64,000 nucleotides of DNA from an uncultured Rickettsiales bacterium (GCA_964535825.1 CAZHUC010000005.1:102229-166228); one strand, 5' to 3'; counted from the first letter of the stretch, positions 46,225 to 64,000 are shown. Made by a program: numbers and translations. The notes: generated by a model from the sequence alone, not told the origin.

Positions 46225-47793
46225 TTATTTCACAGGTTTGCCATCGCCCGGCAGCCCCATATTTTGCCACATGTTGGTTATCTTATCAACAACCTCCTGA
46301 TTCATAACGATCTTCTTGCCCCATTCGCGACTGGTCTCGGGGGGGATTTTATCCGTAGCGTCTAAACCAGCCTTGCCACCCATGCCTGATTCGGGGGAAG
46401 CGAAGTCGAGATAATCGATGGGTGTCGCATCAATCAACGTAATATCCCGAATCGGGTCCATACGCGTGGAAACCGCCCACATCACCTGCTTCCAGTCCCG
46501 TACATTAATGTCATCATCCACCACAATTATCCATTTTGTATAAATAAACTGGCGCAAGTAAGACCATATCCCCATCATGATGCGCTTGGCATGCCCCGGA
46601 TAGGCTTTTTTGATGGATACCACCGCGATACGATATGAACACCCCTCAGGCGGCAAATAAAAATCCACGATCTCGGGGAATTGCTGCTGCAAGAGCGGAA
46701 TGAATACCTCATTCAGTGCCTCCCCCAGCACCGATGGTTCATCCGGCGGATGGCCGGTATGCGTGCTTAAATAAATAGGGTTCTTGCGCATGGTGATGGC
46801 GGTGATGGTAAAGACCGGAAACTTCTCCACCGAATTATAAAATCCCGTATGGTCACCGAATGGTCCTTCATCGCCGTACTCATCGAGCGATACATAGCCC
46901 TCCAGCACAATTTCCGCCTCGGCAGGCACTTTGAGCGGCACGGTCTTGCAATCTACCAGCTCCACCTTCTCGCCGCGCAACAGGCCGGCATATTGATATT
47001 CACTCATGGTATCCGGCACAGGTGTTACCGCTGCCAGAATGGTTGCAGGGTCACAGCCTATTACAGCTGCTGCCGGTAGCGGCTCGCGCTTTTCCTTGCC
47101 CCAGCGTGCGTAATGCTGCGCCCCGCCGCGATGCTTCAGCCAGCGCATGAGCGTTGTATTTTTACCCGTCACCTGCAGACGGTATATGCCCAAATTAAAA
47201 TTATCTTCGGCTTTATCACTTGGACCTTTGGTTACAATGAGAGGCCATGTAATGAGCGGCGAAGCATCATCCGGCCAGCATGTCTGGATAGGGAATTTAC
47301 TAAGATCGATATCATCACCCGTAAGCACCACTTCCTGACATGGTGCAGCCTTTACAGTTTTAGGCTTCATCGCCATGGCGGTTTTTACCAGCGGCAATAA
47401 TTCGAGCGCCTCTTTCCAGCCGCCTGGGGGCTCAGGTTGGCGCAGGAATGCAAGTTTTTCACCCAACTCACGCAGCTCGTGTGGCTCACGCCCCATACCC
47501 CACGCCACACGCTCTATTGTGCCAAATAAATTGATGAGCACGGGCATGCTGCTTTGTTTACCTCCGGAATTTTCTGCTGAAAATTCCATGAGGCGCGGCT
47601 CATGGCTGGTACGGCCTGCTGGCCGCACATTCTGTATTACATTCTCGAAGAGCACCGCAGGTCCGCCCTCTGCGATGAGTCTCCTGCCGATCTCCGTCAT
47701 CTCCAGATGGGTAGATACAGGCTCACTCACCCGCACCAAACGGCCGTTCTTTTCAAGATGAGCAATGAAATCGCGCAGGGAGTTATAGGTCAT
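46225..47793 (-). CDS. ubiD: UbiD-family decarboxylase (4-hydroxy-3-polyprenylbenzoate decarboxylase)
   Basis: Collinear with E. coli UbiD as I recall it (LRDF...[44 protein letters not shown]). Start trimmed to [14 protein letters not shown] (ATG 47791-47793 checked). Confidence 0.9.
   Translation of the reverse strand: MTYNSLRDFIAHLEKNGRLVRVSEPVSTHLEMTEIGRRLIAEGGPAVLFENVIQNVRPAGRTSHEPRLMEFSAENSGGKQSSMPVLINLFGTIERVAWGMGREPHELRELGEKLAFLRQPEPPGGWKEALELLPLVKTAMAMKPKTVKAAPCQEVVLTGDDIDLSKFPIQTCWPDDASPLITWPLIVTKGPSDKAEDNFNLGIYRLQVTGKNTTLMRWLKHRGGAQHYARWGKEKREPLPAAAVIGCDPATILAAVTPVPDTMSEYQYAGLLRGEKVELVDCKTVPLKVPAEAEIVLEGYVSLDEYGDEGPFGDHTGFYNSVEKFPVFTITAITMRKNPIYLSTHTGHPPDEPSVLGEALNEVFIPLLQQQFPEIVDFYLPPEGCSYRIAVVSIKKAYPGHAKRIMMGIWSYLRQFIYTKWIIVVDDDINVRDWKQVMWAVSTRMDPIRDITLIDATPIDYLDFASPESGMGGKAGLDATDKIPPETSREWGKKIVMNQEVVDKITNMWQNMGLPGDGKPVK
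47551..47640. repeat. Hairpin-rich segment of about 90 bp, apparently inserted in frame in ubiD
   Basis: Encodes [30 protein letters not shown] where E. coli UbiD has about 4 residues (LFEN-PKGY-SMPVL). Contains hairpins GGAATTTTC-TGCT-GAAAATTCC (47566-47587), CATGAG-GCGCGG-CTCATG (47587-47604) and GTACGGCC-TGCT-GGCCGCAC. Confidence 0.5.
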
Positions 47794-47795
47794 AC

Positions 47796-48098
47796 TTACC
47801 TTTGTAGCGCATGAATGCAGGCATATATCGCCAACCAGAAGCATAGCACCAGTTGCAAGACTTGCATTATGCGGACTACTTTCGAGTTTTTAATCCATCG
47901 GCTAATTAACGCTAAAATGCATGCTGCAATAAAAAGCATTCCAGCATATGCGGAACCTAAAAATAAGGCAAAGCCAGCTCTTTCACCACCCACAGACAAA
48001 TTAAAAAATAGAATAATACCCCAAGAAATCCAAGGGAAAATCATGGTCATGACCATGAGATACGATGAATGCAGAAATTTCATATTTCTACGCAACAT
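47796..48098 (-). CDS. Small membrane protein, 100 aa, unknown function
   Basis: ATG (48096-48098 checked). Three hydrophobic helices. A+T-rich. Packed between the GNAT gene and ubiD with 1-2-nt gaps. Confidence 0.45.
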   Translation of the reverse strand: MLRRNMKFLHSSYLMVMTMIFPWISWGIILFFNLSVGGERAGFALFLGSAYAGMLFIAACILALISRWIKNSKVVRIMQVLQLVLCFWLAIYACIHALQR

Positions 48099-48099
48099 A

Positions 48100-48588
48100 T
48101 TATTTGATCACCTTTGCCATCAACACATCATCCACATAACTACCATCGGCACGTTTCATGAGCTGCTTTTCTACGCCGTAAGGCTCGAAACCCAAATGCT
48201 GATACATGCGTTGTGTCTCTGGGTGCTCCGCATTGGCTGAAAGTAATATACGTTCAAGACCAGCTGTTTTTGCTGCTTCCAAAAGTAATTCTATCATCCC
48301 GCGAGCAAATCCCTTGCCGCGCGCTTGCGGTATCACGTACACACCCCAAATACTCCCCCGATGCTGTAATTTTTTGCCCTTGTTGCGATAAAGCCCTGCA
48401 ATGCCAACCAATTCTCCATCGGTAAAACCACCTGCGATCCAGCCATTCTCAAAATATGTTTCTGCTGGTTTGGCTGCAACTTCATCATCTGTTTCAAGAA
48501 ACGAATCAGCTTCTTCCTTCACCGCGCGCATGCGTAATGCGTAAAACATCTGCGCATCATCTTTTGTAAGTAACCGAACCTCAACCAT
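48100..48588 (-). CDS. GNAT-family N-acetyltransferase
   Basis: The LQHRGSIWGVYVIPQARGKGFARGMIE region matches the GNAT acetyl-CoA motif A pattern. Start trimmed to MVEVRLL (ATG 48586-48588) or MTMVEV (48594). The track N-terminus reads through a repeat element. Confidence 0.75.
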   Translation of the reverse strand: MVEVRLLTKDDAQMFYALRMRAVKEEADSFLETDDEVAAKPAETYFENGWIAGGFTDGELVGIAGLYRNKGKKLQHRGSIWGVYVIPQARGKGFARGMIELLLEAAKTAGLERILLSANAEHPETQRMYQHLGFEPYGVEKQLMKRADGSYVDDVLMAKVIK

Positions 48589-48589
48589 T

Positions 48590-48674
48590 GTCATCCCCGC
48601 CTTGGGCGGGGATCTAGGGACTCTTGTCCTGACACCGCGTGTGGCTCTAGACCCCCGATTAAATCGGGGGTGAC
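48590..48674. repeat. 85-bp MITE-like palindromic element with imperfect terminal inverted repeats GTCAYCCCCG
   Basis: Left hairpin ATCCCCGCC-TTG-GGCGGGGAT (48593-48613), two CTAG motifs, and right hairpin CCCCCGAT-TAA-ATCGGGGG. Ends are GTCATCCCCGCC and ATCGGGGGTGAC. The core recurs at 56733-56759. Confidence 0.6.
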
Positions 48675-48983
48675 ACCAAATTTCTCTTTCACTTCCTGCA
48701 TCTGGCTGTCGGCAGAAAAATATTCCCATGTAATACCGTTTGCATCTTTTTCTTCGCGGAAAGTTTTTTCAGCTGCATCTTCGAAGCCGATATGACGCAC
48801 CACACCTGAAGCCTGCCCCTCTTTGCAGGAAATGGTGAAGTTCAAAAGCTCCGTTCTCCACAGCGCATAACGCCCCTCCACGCTTACACTGGGCGTGCAG
48901 CCGAGCCGCTTGCTGTAATCAGCGACCGAGGCAGAAAAATCAGATACGGCAATGGAAATGTGGAAGCGTGTCATGCCGCGCAT
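48591..48983 (-). CDS. VOC (glyoxalase/bleomycin-resistance fold) family protein with a repeat-encoded C-terminal tail
   Basis: FHISIAVSDFSASVADYSKRLG is a typical VOC N-terminal beta-alpha motif. The last 28 codons or so (VTPDLIGGLEPHAVSGQESLDPRPRRG) are encoded by the 48590-48674 element. Confidence 0.55.
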   Translation of the reverse strand: MRGMTRFHISIAVSDFSASVADYSKRLGCTPSVSVEGRYALWRTELLNFTISCKEGQASGVVRHIGFEDAAEKTFREEKDANGITWEYFSADSQMQEVKEKFGVTPDLIGGLEPHAVSGQESLDPRPRRG

Positions 48984-48984
48984 C

Positions 48985-49704
48985 CTAGCGGGTGCGGAAA
49001 ATTTCGTAAAGCGCCACGGCGGCAGCGTTGGATACGTTAAGGCTTTCCATTTTATCCGACATGGGTAATTTTACCAGATAATCGCAGTGCTCTGCGGTCA
49101 AGCGGCGCAGCCCCTTGCCTTCTGCCCCCAGCACCAAAGCTGTTTTATTATCCAGTTTGGCTTCAGCAATGGTTTGTTTCGCATCACCATCCAGCCCCGC
49201 CACCCAATATTCATGTTTTTTGAGGATCTCGATGGCCTGAGAAAGGTTGGAGACCGAAATAAGCGGTACGATCTCCAGCGCGCTGCTGGCCGTTTTAGCC
49301 ATGATGCCGGATTCTGAGGGTGCGTTGCGGTCGGTCACGATCACACAGCCCGCATCGAACGCCGCCGCCGAGCGCATGATCGCGCCTACATTGTGCGGGT
49401 CAGACACCTGATCAAGCAGCACCACCGGCTTTTTGATGCCCTCGGAAAGCCAGTCATGCAGTGAAGGCTGTTGCAACGGCTCACATTCCACCGCGATGCC
49501 CTGATGCACTGCATCCTTAGGCAGCATGACGTCTATCTTACCACCATCCACCACCGATACGGTCTTGAGGCCGGAAAACACCCCTTCCCCTATTTCCTTG
49601 CGTGTGTTTGTGGTTACCAGTACGCGCTTGATCTTGCGCATGGGATTCGACAATGCGGCAAGGGCAGCATGCCTGCCATAAAGTATGTGGGGACTTTTGC
49701 TCAT
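48985..49704 (-). CDS. rlmB: TrmH/SpoU-family RNA 2'-O-methyltransferase, RlmB-like architecture
   Basis: N-terminal substrate-binding region (ILYGRHAALAAL) and SpoU methylase motifs (LDQVSDPHNVGAIMRSAAAFD, LVLGAEGKGLR, LNVSNAAAVALYE). Confidence 0.75.
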   Translation of the reverse strand: MSKSPHILYGRHAALAALSNPMRKIKRVLVTTNTRKEIGEGVFSGLKTVSVVDGGKIDVMLPKDAVHQGIAVECEPLQQPSLHDWLSEGIKKPVVLLDQVSDPHNVGAIMRSAAAFDAGCVIVTDRNAPSESGIMAKTASSALEIVPLISVSNLSQAIEILKKHEYWVAGLDGDAKQTIAEAKLDNKTALVLGAEGKGLRRLTAEHCDYLVKLPMSDKMESLNVSNAAAVALYEIFRTR

Positions 49705-49788
49705 AATTTTCTTAAGATAAACCGCATGTTAGTAAAAAGCTGATAAATAACCAAATTTGTCATATATCTGTAACAGATAACGGCTAAT

Positions 49789-50601
49789 ATGGAAGGACTT
49801 AAGCGAGGAAAAATGCCGGAAAATAACAATAAAAAGAAGCTGCTGGTTTTCATCGTGGCCTATAACGCCTCCAAGCATATCGAGGGCGTATTCAACAGGA
49901 TACCTGCCTCCGTATGGAATAAGTCCCTTGCCGATGCCGACATCCTCATGATCGATGACTGCTCGCCTGATAACACATTTGATGTGGCCAAGGCCTATGC
50001 CGCGCGCACCGGCAAGACCATAGATATTCAGCGCAACGCCACCAACAAGGGTTATGGTGGTAATCAGAAGATCGGGTATCAATATGCCATCGACCGAGGC
50101 TATGACGCCGTAGTGCTGCTGCATGGCGACGGGCAATACGCCCCCGAACTCATCCCGAAACTTGCCGCCCCTGCACTGGATAATGAGGCTGATGTGGTGA
50201 TCGGCTCACGCATGATGGATAAAAAGTCTGCCTTAAAAGGCGGCATGCCGAAATATAAATTCATTGGCAATATCGTGGTGACTACCATGCAGAATATTAT
50301 GCTTGGAGTAAATCTGTCGGAGTTTCATAGCGGCTACCGCGTGTATCGTACTGCGGCCTTGCGCGCTGTACCATTTCAGGCGAATGCTGATTATTTTGAT
50401 TTCGATACCGATATTCTTATTCAGATGATCGATACCAGGCAGCGTTTTCTGGAGATATCCATTCCAACCTTCTACGGCAGCGAGATATGCCATGTGAACG
50501 GGCTTAAATATGTCAGCAAGATACTCATCACCACCCTGCTCTCACGCTTGCAGCGCTTGGGTGTGTGCTATTTCAGGAAGTTCGATTATAAGAGCCGCTA
50601 G
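49789..50601 (+). CDS. Family-2 glycosyltransferase (polyprenyl-phosphate sugar synthase type, ArnC/DPM1-like)
   Basis: LLVFIVAYNASKHI, MIDDCSPDNT, LLHGDGQY (DxD-type region). Confidence 0.75.
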   Translation: MEGLKRGKMPENNNKKKLLVFIVAYNASKHIEGVFNRIPASVWNKSLADADILMIDDCSPDNTFDVAKAYAARTGKTIDIQRNATNKGYGGNQKIGYQYAIDRGYDAVVLLHGDGQYAPELIPKLAAPALDNEADVVIGSRMMDKKSALKGGMPKYKFIGNIVVTTMQNIMLGVNLSEFHSGYRVYRTAALRAVPFQANADYFDFDTDILIQMIDTRQRFLEISIPTFYGSEICHVNGLKYVSKILITTLLSRLQRLGVCYFRKFDYKSR

Positions 50602-52475
50602 TTGTTGCGAAGTTCGCGCCGGGCTTTTTTCAGGAACGCCTCGGGGTTCTGATAATCAGGTGCATTGATAAATTTCTCATGAATGACCTTTACAGGAAAT
50701 TTGAATATCGCCGTATTCATGACGCATGGATGCTCCTTGCCTGCCTGCACGGGCTCAGGATCATCACAGGCAAAGGCAAAGCCAATCTTCTTGAACTGCG
50801 CCGCCGCATAGAGTTCATTCGCGAGTTTTTCCTGAACATCAATGATATTCTTCATGTCTTCCGGATAAAGTGCACGCACCGATGCCGGGATAATGATGTT
50901 CAGGTAATTGCGATAGGTAGGGTCGATCACGATGGTCTTTACGTTGGTATGCTGAAGCCCCATGATCCATACATTCTCAACACCGTTTAACATGCCAATG
51001 GTTTTCATTTCACGAAACATATTCTGCACTTCATGCGGATCCATCAGGAACGCTTTCATGCGCAGGTCGCTCGGGCTGATGATGATTTGCGGCTTATAGC
51101 CAGGGAGGGTCGCAAGGTTCTTAGTGAGTTGCTTGTATTTGGTCTGTCCGCTTCGTACCCATAGATGATACGCCGATGACAGATCGGTCACCACCAGGTC
51201 ATTATCGCTCACTTCATTCTCCAGAATACCCAGCATCTCTTTTGTCTGCGCTTTTGTTTGTTGGAATTCCGTAAGGCGCAAGCGACGCCAATGCTCGCCT
51301 TGCATATAATATCCCCATGACAACATGAGCGTGCATACGCTTAACACCACTATTACGGAAAGATTGCCGAAGCGCGGATATTTACTGAGGAATACGGCGC
51401 AGTGCCTGAGGCCATAATAGAAAAGCACCATGAATACCAGCACCATAGCGATATTCCGGCGCGGCGAAGAAAGCGGCACTACCCTGAACCAGAAGAAGCC
51501 AATGGTCACGGTCACGATGATCGCAAGCAGCACCATCATATCCACAGCACGCAGGCGCGCCATAACCACACCTCCCGCAATGCTAATAAGCAGGAATGCA
51601 AGAAGTGGCAGCACGACCAGCATCTCGGATTGCATCGCCCCGCCGATGAACCAGAAGAACCCCGCAACATTGATGTATTCAAGGAAGAACGTAACTATCT
51701 TAGCAAGCGTATAAGCGAACGGCTCGGTATCGCGGTTAAAGAAAATATGTGACTGGGTAAAATCGATGCCGCCAATGGATTTAAGCAAACCAGTGAATTG
51801 CCACAGGTAAAAGAGCCAAAACAGATGCATGATGCACCACAACACGAACGGCAACATCTTTGCAGGTGTAATGCGGTAAATGGTGTACAGCAGGTGTAAT
51901 GCCGTGAAGGCAACTACAGGTGCAGCTGCAAACTCGGACAGCAGCGACAGGCTGGTGAATATAAAATACAGGAGAATATAAAATAGCTTGGGATCGGCCT
52001 TGTAGCGATAGGTGCTCCAGATCGCCATGATACTAAAAAGCATCATCAGCGTATAGCCACGCACCACATCGGATTGTTCGATCATCAGGCAGGAAAACGC
52101 CATGTAGAAGGCTGCAAATGCCCCGCCATTCCTGCTGCCAAATATCTCCTTACCCAGAAGGTAGCCTGCGGGGATACACAAAGTACCGGCAACCAGCGAT
52201 GGCAGGCGCGCCATCCATGGGTCGTTCCAGATATTCAAGCACCAGTGCCACAGATAATAGCCGAGTATGGGATGCCCATCCTCTGCCAGATTCACATAAA
52301 AAATATCGAAAAGTGTTGGCTGGCGTGACACATAAATGTGCCAGATCTCATCGTGGTAGTAATCCCACTCGCCAAGCCCGAATACCCGTGCGAATACTCC
52401 GGCTAACGTAATAAAACACAGGAATAATGTCGTCTGGTAGTGCTGCAGGAAATTCTGAGGTGTTTCAGATTTCAT
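50598..52475 (-). CDS. GT-C fold membrane glycosyltransferase (ArnT/PMT-like) with a C-terminal soluble domain of about 230 aa
   Basis: 625 aa with about 11-12 TM helices. First-loop DE motif (YYHDEIWHIY), as in ArnT/PMT enzymes. Convergent with the GT2 gene (4-nt overlap). Confidence 0.55.
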   Translation of the reverse strand: MKSETPQNFLQHYQTTLFLCFITLAGVFARVFGLGEWDYYHDEIWHIYVSRQPTLFDIFYVNLAEDGHPILGYYLWHWCLNIWNDPWMARLPSLVAGTLCIPAGYLLGKEIFGSRNGGAFAAFYMAFSCLMIEQSDVVRGYTLMMLFSIMAIWSTYRYKADPKLFYILLYFIFTSLSLLSEFAAAPVVAFTALHLLYTIYRITPAKMLPFVLWCIMHLFWLFYLWQFTGLLKSIGGIDFTQSHIFFNRDTEPFAYTLAKIVTFFLEYINVAGFFWFIGGAMQSEMLVVLPLLAFLLISIAGGVVMARLRAVDMMVLLAIIVTVTIGFFWFRVVPLSSPRRNIAMVLVFMVLFYYGLRHCAVFLSKYPRFGNLSVIVVLSVCTLMLSWGYYMQGEHWRRLRLTEFQQTKAQTKEMLGILENEVSDNDLVVTDLSSAYHLWVRSGQTKYKQLTKNLATLPGYKPQIIISPSDLRMKAFLMDPHEVQNMFREMKTIGMLNGVENVWIMGLQHTNVKTIVIDPTYRNYLNIIIPASVRALYPEDMKNIIDVQEKLANELYAAAQFKKIGFAFACDDPEPVQAGKEHPCVMNTAIFKFPVKVIHEKFINAPDYQNPEAFLKKARRELRNN

Positions 52476-52496
52476 GCGGCACTACCACAACATCGA

Positions 52497-60891
<8,395 letters not shown>

Positions 60892-60990
60892 AAGAACCTT
60901 TAGGTCTCTGTGACCAGCAGCCAGTGGCCGCATGGTCGGTTATTCTTATTATTTACGGACACCGGCTACACCCGCTGACCGCATATTTAC

Positions 60991-61028
60991 AAACGCCAAA
61001 ACCGGAGCACCGCACGCGGTACTCCGGT
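60991..61028 (-). terminator. Terminator/attenuator hairpin between rplL and rpoB
   Basis: Minus strand: ACCGGAGTACCG-CGTG-CGGTGCTCCGGT (one mismatch) followed by TTTGGCGTTTG. An rplL-rpoB attenuator is known in E. coli. Confidence 0.55.
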
Positions 61029-61048
61029 ATTATGACTATGCTGAGTGG

Positions 61049-61432
61049 CTACTTAATTTCAACGGTAGCGCCAGCTTCCACGAGAGATTTCTTGATTTTC
61101 TCAGCGGTTTCCTTGTTGACGCCTTCTTTAACAGCTTTAGGTGCGCCTTCAACGAGGTCTTTGGCTTCTTTCAAGCCAAGGCCGGTCGCTTCGCGAACAA
61201 CTTTAATTACACCGATCTTCTTATCAGCAGGTGCGCTGGCAAGAATCACGTTGAATTCAGTTTTTTCTTCAGCAGGTGCAGCACCGGCAGCAGCGCCACC
61301 AGCAGCAGCTACAGCTACGGGAGCAGCAGCAGACACACCCCATTTTTCTTCAAGCATCTTAGAAAGCTCAGCAGCTTCCAAAACAGTCAACGCTGACAGC
61401 TGGTCAACGATTTGAGCAAGATTAGCAGACAT
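61049..61432 (-). CDS. rplL: 50S ribosomal protein L7/L12
   Basis: Ala-rich hinge and C-terminal domain [28 protein letters not shown]. Confidence 0.95.
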   Translation of the reverse strand: MSANLAQIVDQLSALTVLEAAELSKMLEEKWGVSAAAPVAVAAAGGAAAGAAPAEEKTEFNVILASAPADKKIGVIKVVREATGLGLKEAKDLVEGAPKAVKEGVNKETAEKIKKSLVEAGATVEIK

Positions 61433-61517
61433 TGTACAACTCCTAATTATTAATCAAAAAAATTTACTTATTACCCGAGAACCCTGCCTTGCATCGGGGC
61501 AGTGCTCCTACCCCTTC

Positions 61518-62030
61518 TCATCCTTCTTTTGAAGCCTTGGCAGCTACCACACGGGCGACTTGACCTCCCGGTGCCTGCAGCACGCAAGCGATGCGCGTAG
61601 CAGGAGTTTTCAACATGCCAACGATCTTGGCACGCAGCTCGTTGAGTGAAGGCAGTTTAGCCAGCGACTCAATAGCTTTAACATCAAGTTTCTGTTCGCC
61701 GTATGCGCCACCGATGATCACCAAGCGATCATTCTTCTTGGCAAAATCAACGAGGCCTTTAGCTACAGAGACAGGATCTTTAGATGTTGCGATCGCAGAA
61801 GGACCTTTGAAGAGATCAGAGATAGCTTCAAACGTAGTGTCCTTAGCGGCAATTTTTGTCAGGCGGTTCTTGGTTACTTTGAACTCTGCACCTGCTTCAC
61901 GCATTGTTCTGCGTAAATCAGACATTTCAGCAACCGTAAGGCCTTTATTGTGAACGACCAGCGCAATGCCTGCATCTTTGAAGCGAGCATTGGTGGTTTC
62001 GATCTGAGCTTGTTTTTCTGCGCGGTTCAT
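61518..62030 (-). CDS. rplJ: 50S ribosomal protein L10
   Basis: MNRAEKQ..., GLTVAEMSDLR. Position upstream of rplL. Confidence 0.95.
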   Translation of the reverse strand: MNRAEKQAQIETTNARFKDAGIALVVHNKGLTVAEMSDLRRTMREAGAEFKVTKNRLTKIAAKDTTFEAISDLFKGPSAIATSKDPVSVAKGLVDFAKKNDRLVIIGGAYGEQKLDVKAIESLAKLPSLNELRAKIVGMLKTPATRIACVLQAPGGQVARVVAAKASKEG

Positions 62031-62040
62031 GACGTTCTCC

Positions 62041-62739
62041 TTACGCTGCCATCAGATCATTGACGTCAACTTTAACGCCCAGACCCATGGTGGACGACAA
62101 GCCCACTTTTTTAATGTAGTTACCTTTTGATGCAGAAGGCTTCGCCTTCACTACTGCGTCAACGAATGCTTTCACGTTCGCAAGCAATGCATCTTCAGTG
62201 AAGCTGGCTTTGCCGATACCGGCGTGAATGATGCCCGCTTTATCGATACGGAATTCAACCTGGCCAGCCTTCGCTGCTTTTACAGCATCAGCCACGTTCG
62301 GGGTCACCGTGCCAAGCTTTGGATTTGGCATCAGGCCTTTTGGACCAAGCACCTTACCGAGCTTACCAACGATACCCATCATGTCAGGTGATGCGATCAG
62401 ACGATCGAAATCGGTGAAGCCACCGTTGATCTTTTCATACAGATCTTCAGCACCTACGAAATCAGCGCCAGCCTTCTGCGCATCAGCCGCTTTATCGCCA
62501 CGGGCGAATACTGCAACCTTAATGCTCTTGCCTGTGCCGTTCGGCATAGATACCATGCCGCGAACGGCCTGATCTGACTGTGCTGCATCAACACCGAGAT
62601 TCATTACGATATCGATGGTTTCATCGAATTTCTTTACGGCTGTACCCTTAACCAGCTTTACTGCTTCCTTGAGCGGGTAACGCTTGGTGGTATCAACCTT
62701 AGCAAGAATTGCTTTTCTCTTTTTTGCGATACGTGGCAT
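62041..62739 (-). CDS. rplA: 50S ribosomal protein L1
   Basis: [24 protein letters not shown]. Confidence 0.95.
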   Translation of the reverse strand: MPRIAKKRKAILAKVDTTKRYPLKEAVKLVKGTAVKKFDETIDIVMNLGVDAAQSDQAVRGMVSMPNGTGKSIKVAVFARGDKAADAQKAGADFVGAEDLYEKINGGFTDFDRLIASPDMMGIVGKLGKVLGPKGLMPNPKLGTVTPNVADAVKAAKAGQVEFRIDKAGIIHAGIGKASFTEDALLANVKAFVDAVVKAKPSASKGNYIKKVGLSSTMGLGVKVDVNDLMAA

Positions 62740-63179
62740 TATGCTGCATCCTCTATAACTTCAAGGCCCATTGACTGAGCAGAACCACGGATCATGCGTG
62801 CCGCTGCCTCAACATCGTGAGCGTTTAAATCCTGCATTTTCAGCTTAGCGATCTCACGAATCTGGTTCATGGTGATCTTACCAGCCTTCGCACCTTTGCC
62901 CGGGGTCTGTGAACCAGACTGGATCTTAGCTGCCTTCTTCAGGAAGAAAGAAACCGGCGGGGTTTTGGTGATAAAAGTGAATGTGCGATCCTGATACGCG
63001 GTGATAATCACAGGAATTGGAGCGCCTGGCTCCATTTTCTGGGTCGCTGCGTTGAACGCTTTGCAGAATTCCATAATATTCAGGCCGCGCTGACCGAGAG
63101 CAGGACCTACTGGTGGAGATGGGTTCGCTTTACCAGCTGGAATTTCCAGCTTAACGTAACCGACAATTTTCTTTGCCAT
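62739..63179 (-). CDS. rplK: 50S ribosomal protein L11
   Basis: [43 protein letters not shown]. Confidence 0.95.
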   Translation of the reverse strand: MAKKIVGYVKLEIPAGKANPSPPVGPALGQRGLNIMEFCKAFNAATQKMEPGAPIPVIITAYQDRTFTFITKTPPVSFFLKKAAKIQSGSQTPGKGAKAGKITMNQIREIAKLKMQDLNAHDVEAAARMIRGSAQSMGLEVIEDAA

Positions 63180-63321
63180 TGTATAACTCTTTCGTAAGTG
63201 GTGTTAACGCCCGCATCACGCCAGTTTCCCAGCGGCACGAACTCCCATAAACTTCGCCCCTTTATGCAAGGGAGGCGGATTTATAGGCGGTAATTTCAGT
63301 GATTGCAAGGATAAAAAACGC

Positions 63322-63861
63322 TTACGCGACTTTTTCTACCTGGCTGTATTCGAGATCCACAGGTGTTGGGCGGCCGAAGATCGATACAGATACCTTAACA
63401 CGTTGTTTTTCCTCATCAACACCCTCGATAAGGCCGGTAAAGGTATCGAATGGACCGTCGATGATCTTAACATTTTCACCCACTTCGAAGTGAATGGTCG
63501 ATTTTGGATGATCGATACCCTCACGCACCTGGGCAAAAATGGATTCTGCTTCTTTTTCTGTGATGGGAACGGGTTTGCCTTTGCCGCCGCCACCAAGGAA
63601 ACCTGTTACTTTTGCAGTATTCTTCACCATATGCCATGTGGCATCGGTAAGTGCCATCTTCACCATGACATAGCCCGGGAAGAACTTGCGTTCTGCCTGT
63701 ACTTTCTTGCCACGGCGCACTTCGGTCACCTCTTCAACAGGCACGACCACTTCCTCGATGAGGGTGGTGAGGTTCTTCTGCACAGCCTGCTCTTTAATGG
63801 ATTGCGCTACTTTTTTCTCAAAGCCTGAATGTGCCTGAACAATATACCAACGGGCGTTCAT
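63322..63861 (-). CDS. nusG: Transcription termination/antitermination factor NusG
   Basis: Start trimmed to MNARWYIVQAHSGFEKK (ATG 63859-63861 checked). KOW region GENVKIIDGPFDTFTG. Confidence 0.95.
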   Translation of the reverse strand: MNARWYIVQAHSGFEKKVAQSIKEQAVQKNLTTLIEEVVVPVEEVTEVRRGKKVQAERKFFPGYVMVKMALTDATWHMVKNTAKVTGFLGGGGKGKPVPITEKEAESIFAQVREGIDHPKSTIHFEVGENVKIIDGPFDTFTGLIEGVDEEKQRVKVSVSIFGRPTPVDLEYSQVEKVA

Positions 63862-63872
63862 CTTATAACTCC

Positions 63873-64000
63873 TTAAATACCAATTATCATCCGCACCAGC
63901 GTGCCGATGAACCAATCCACAAACACAAAGAACGTTGCGGCTACAGCAACCAGCGCCAGCACCATAAGCGTGGAAACCGTAGTTTCCTTGCGTGTTGGCC
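63873..64000 (-). CDS. secE: Preprotein translocase subunit SecE (5' end lies right of window)
   Basis: My translation of the minus strand gives ..PTRKETTVSTLMVLALVAVAATFFVFVDWFIGTLVRMIIGI*, a typical SecE TM3 and C-terminus. Stop codon at 63873-63875. Immediately upstream of nusG. Confidence 0.8.
   Translation of the reverse strand, partial: PTRKETTVSTLMVLALVAVAATFFVFVDWFIGTLVRMIIGI

Noticed and set aside
48589-48729. N-terminal extensions proposed by the ORF track: GNAT to 48729, rpoC to 56747, rpoB to 60933, channel to 26943, ubiD to 47844, nusG to 63915, fabD to 7277, PPIase to 18516, CysZ-like to 33148
   Set aside because: The extensions read through repeats, terminators or neighbouring genes and lack conservation. 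Internal ATGs that match the conserved N-termini of each family were verified in the sequence.

Overview
This is a 64-kb chromosomal segment with alphaproteobacterial core synteny. The conserved blocks are folD; mltG-fabF-acpP-fabG-fabD; rpsF-rpsR-membrane protein-rplI-dnaB-alr; mlaEF; secA / PPIase-argJ-mutT; comF; radA-cvpA-purF-SDR; icd; ubiD; and secE-nusG-rplKAJL-rpoBC. I support about 58 CDS, one tRNA (Ile-GAU), several rho-independent terminators and a few small palindromic repeats. I saw no rRNA, CRISPR array, transposase or integrase. The ORF track uses alternative start codons and often over-extends N-termini, so I trimmed several starts to conserved N-termini with checked ATGs. The main accessory region is 35.2-44.9 kb, between icd and tRNA-Ile. 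It holds a P450, a VAO-type flavoprotein, a TonB-dependent receptor, a LuxI/FeeM-fold N-acyltransferase, an exported SRPBCC protein, an SDH-like/DUF4166 protein and a flavin monooxygenase. Four perfect TTATCCACA (DnaA-box) 9-mers and a 27-bp perfect palindrome built from two such boxes bracket the acyltransferase and receptor genes. Other notable items: a split metH operon with a rhodanese and a Kv-type channel between the two halves; an orphan fused GTA g10/g10.1-like gene next to an A+T-rich patch; hairpin-rich mini-elements, one forming the 3' end of a VOC gene and one apparently inserted in frame in ubiD; and non-fab genes inside the fab cluster. All functional calls rest on motif recognition by eye. 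No database search was possible.
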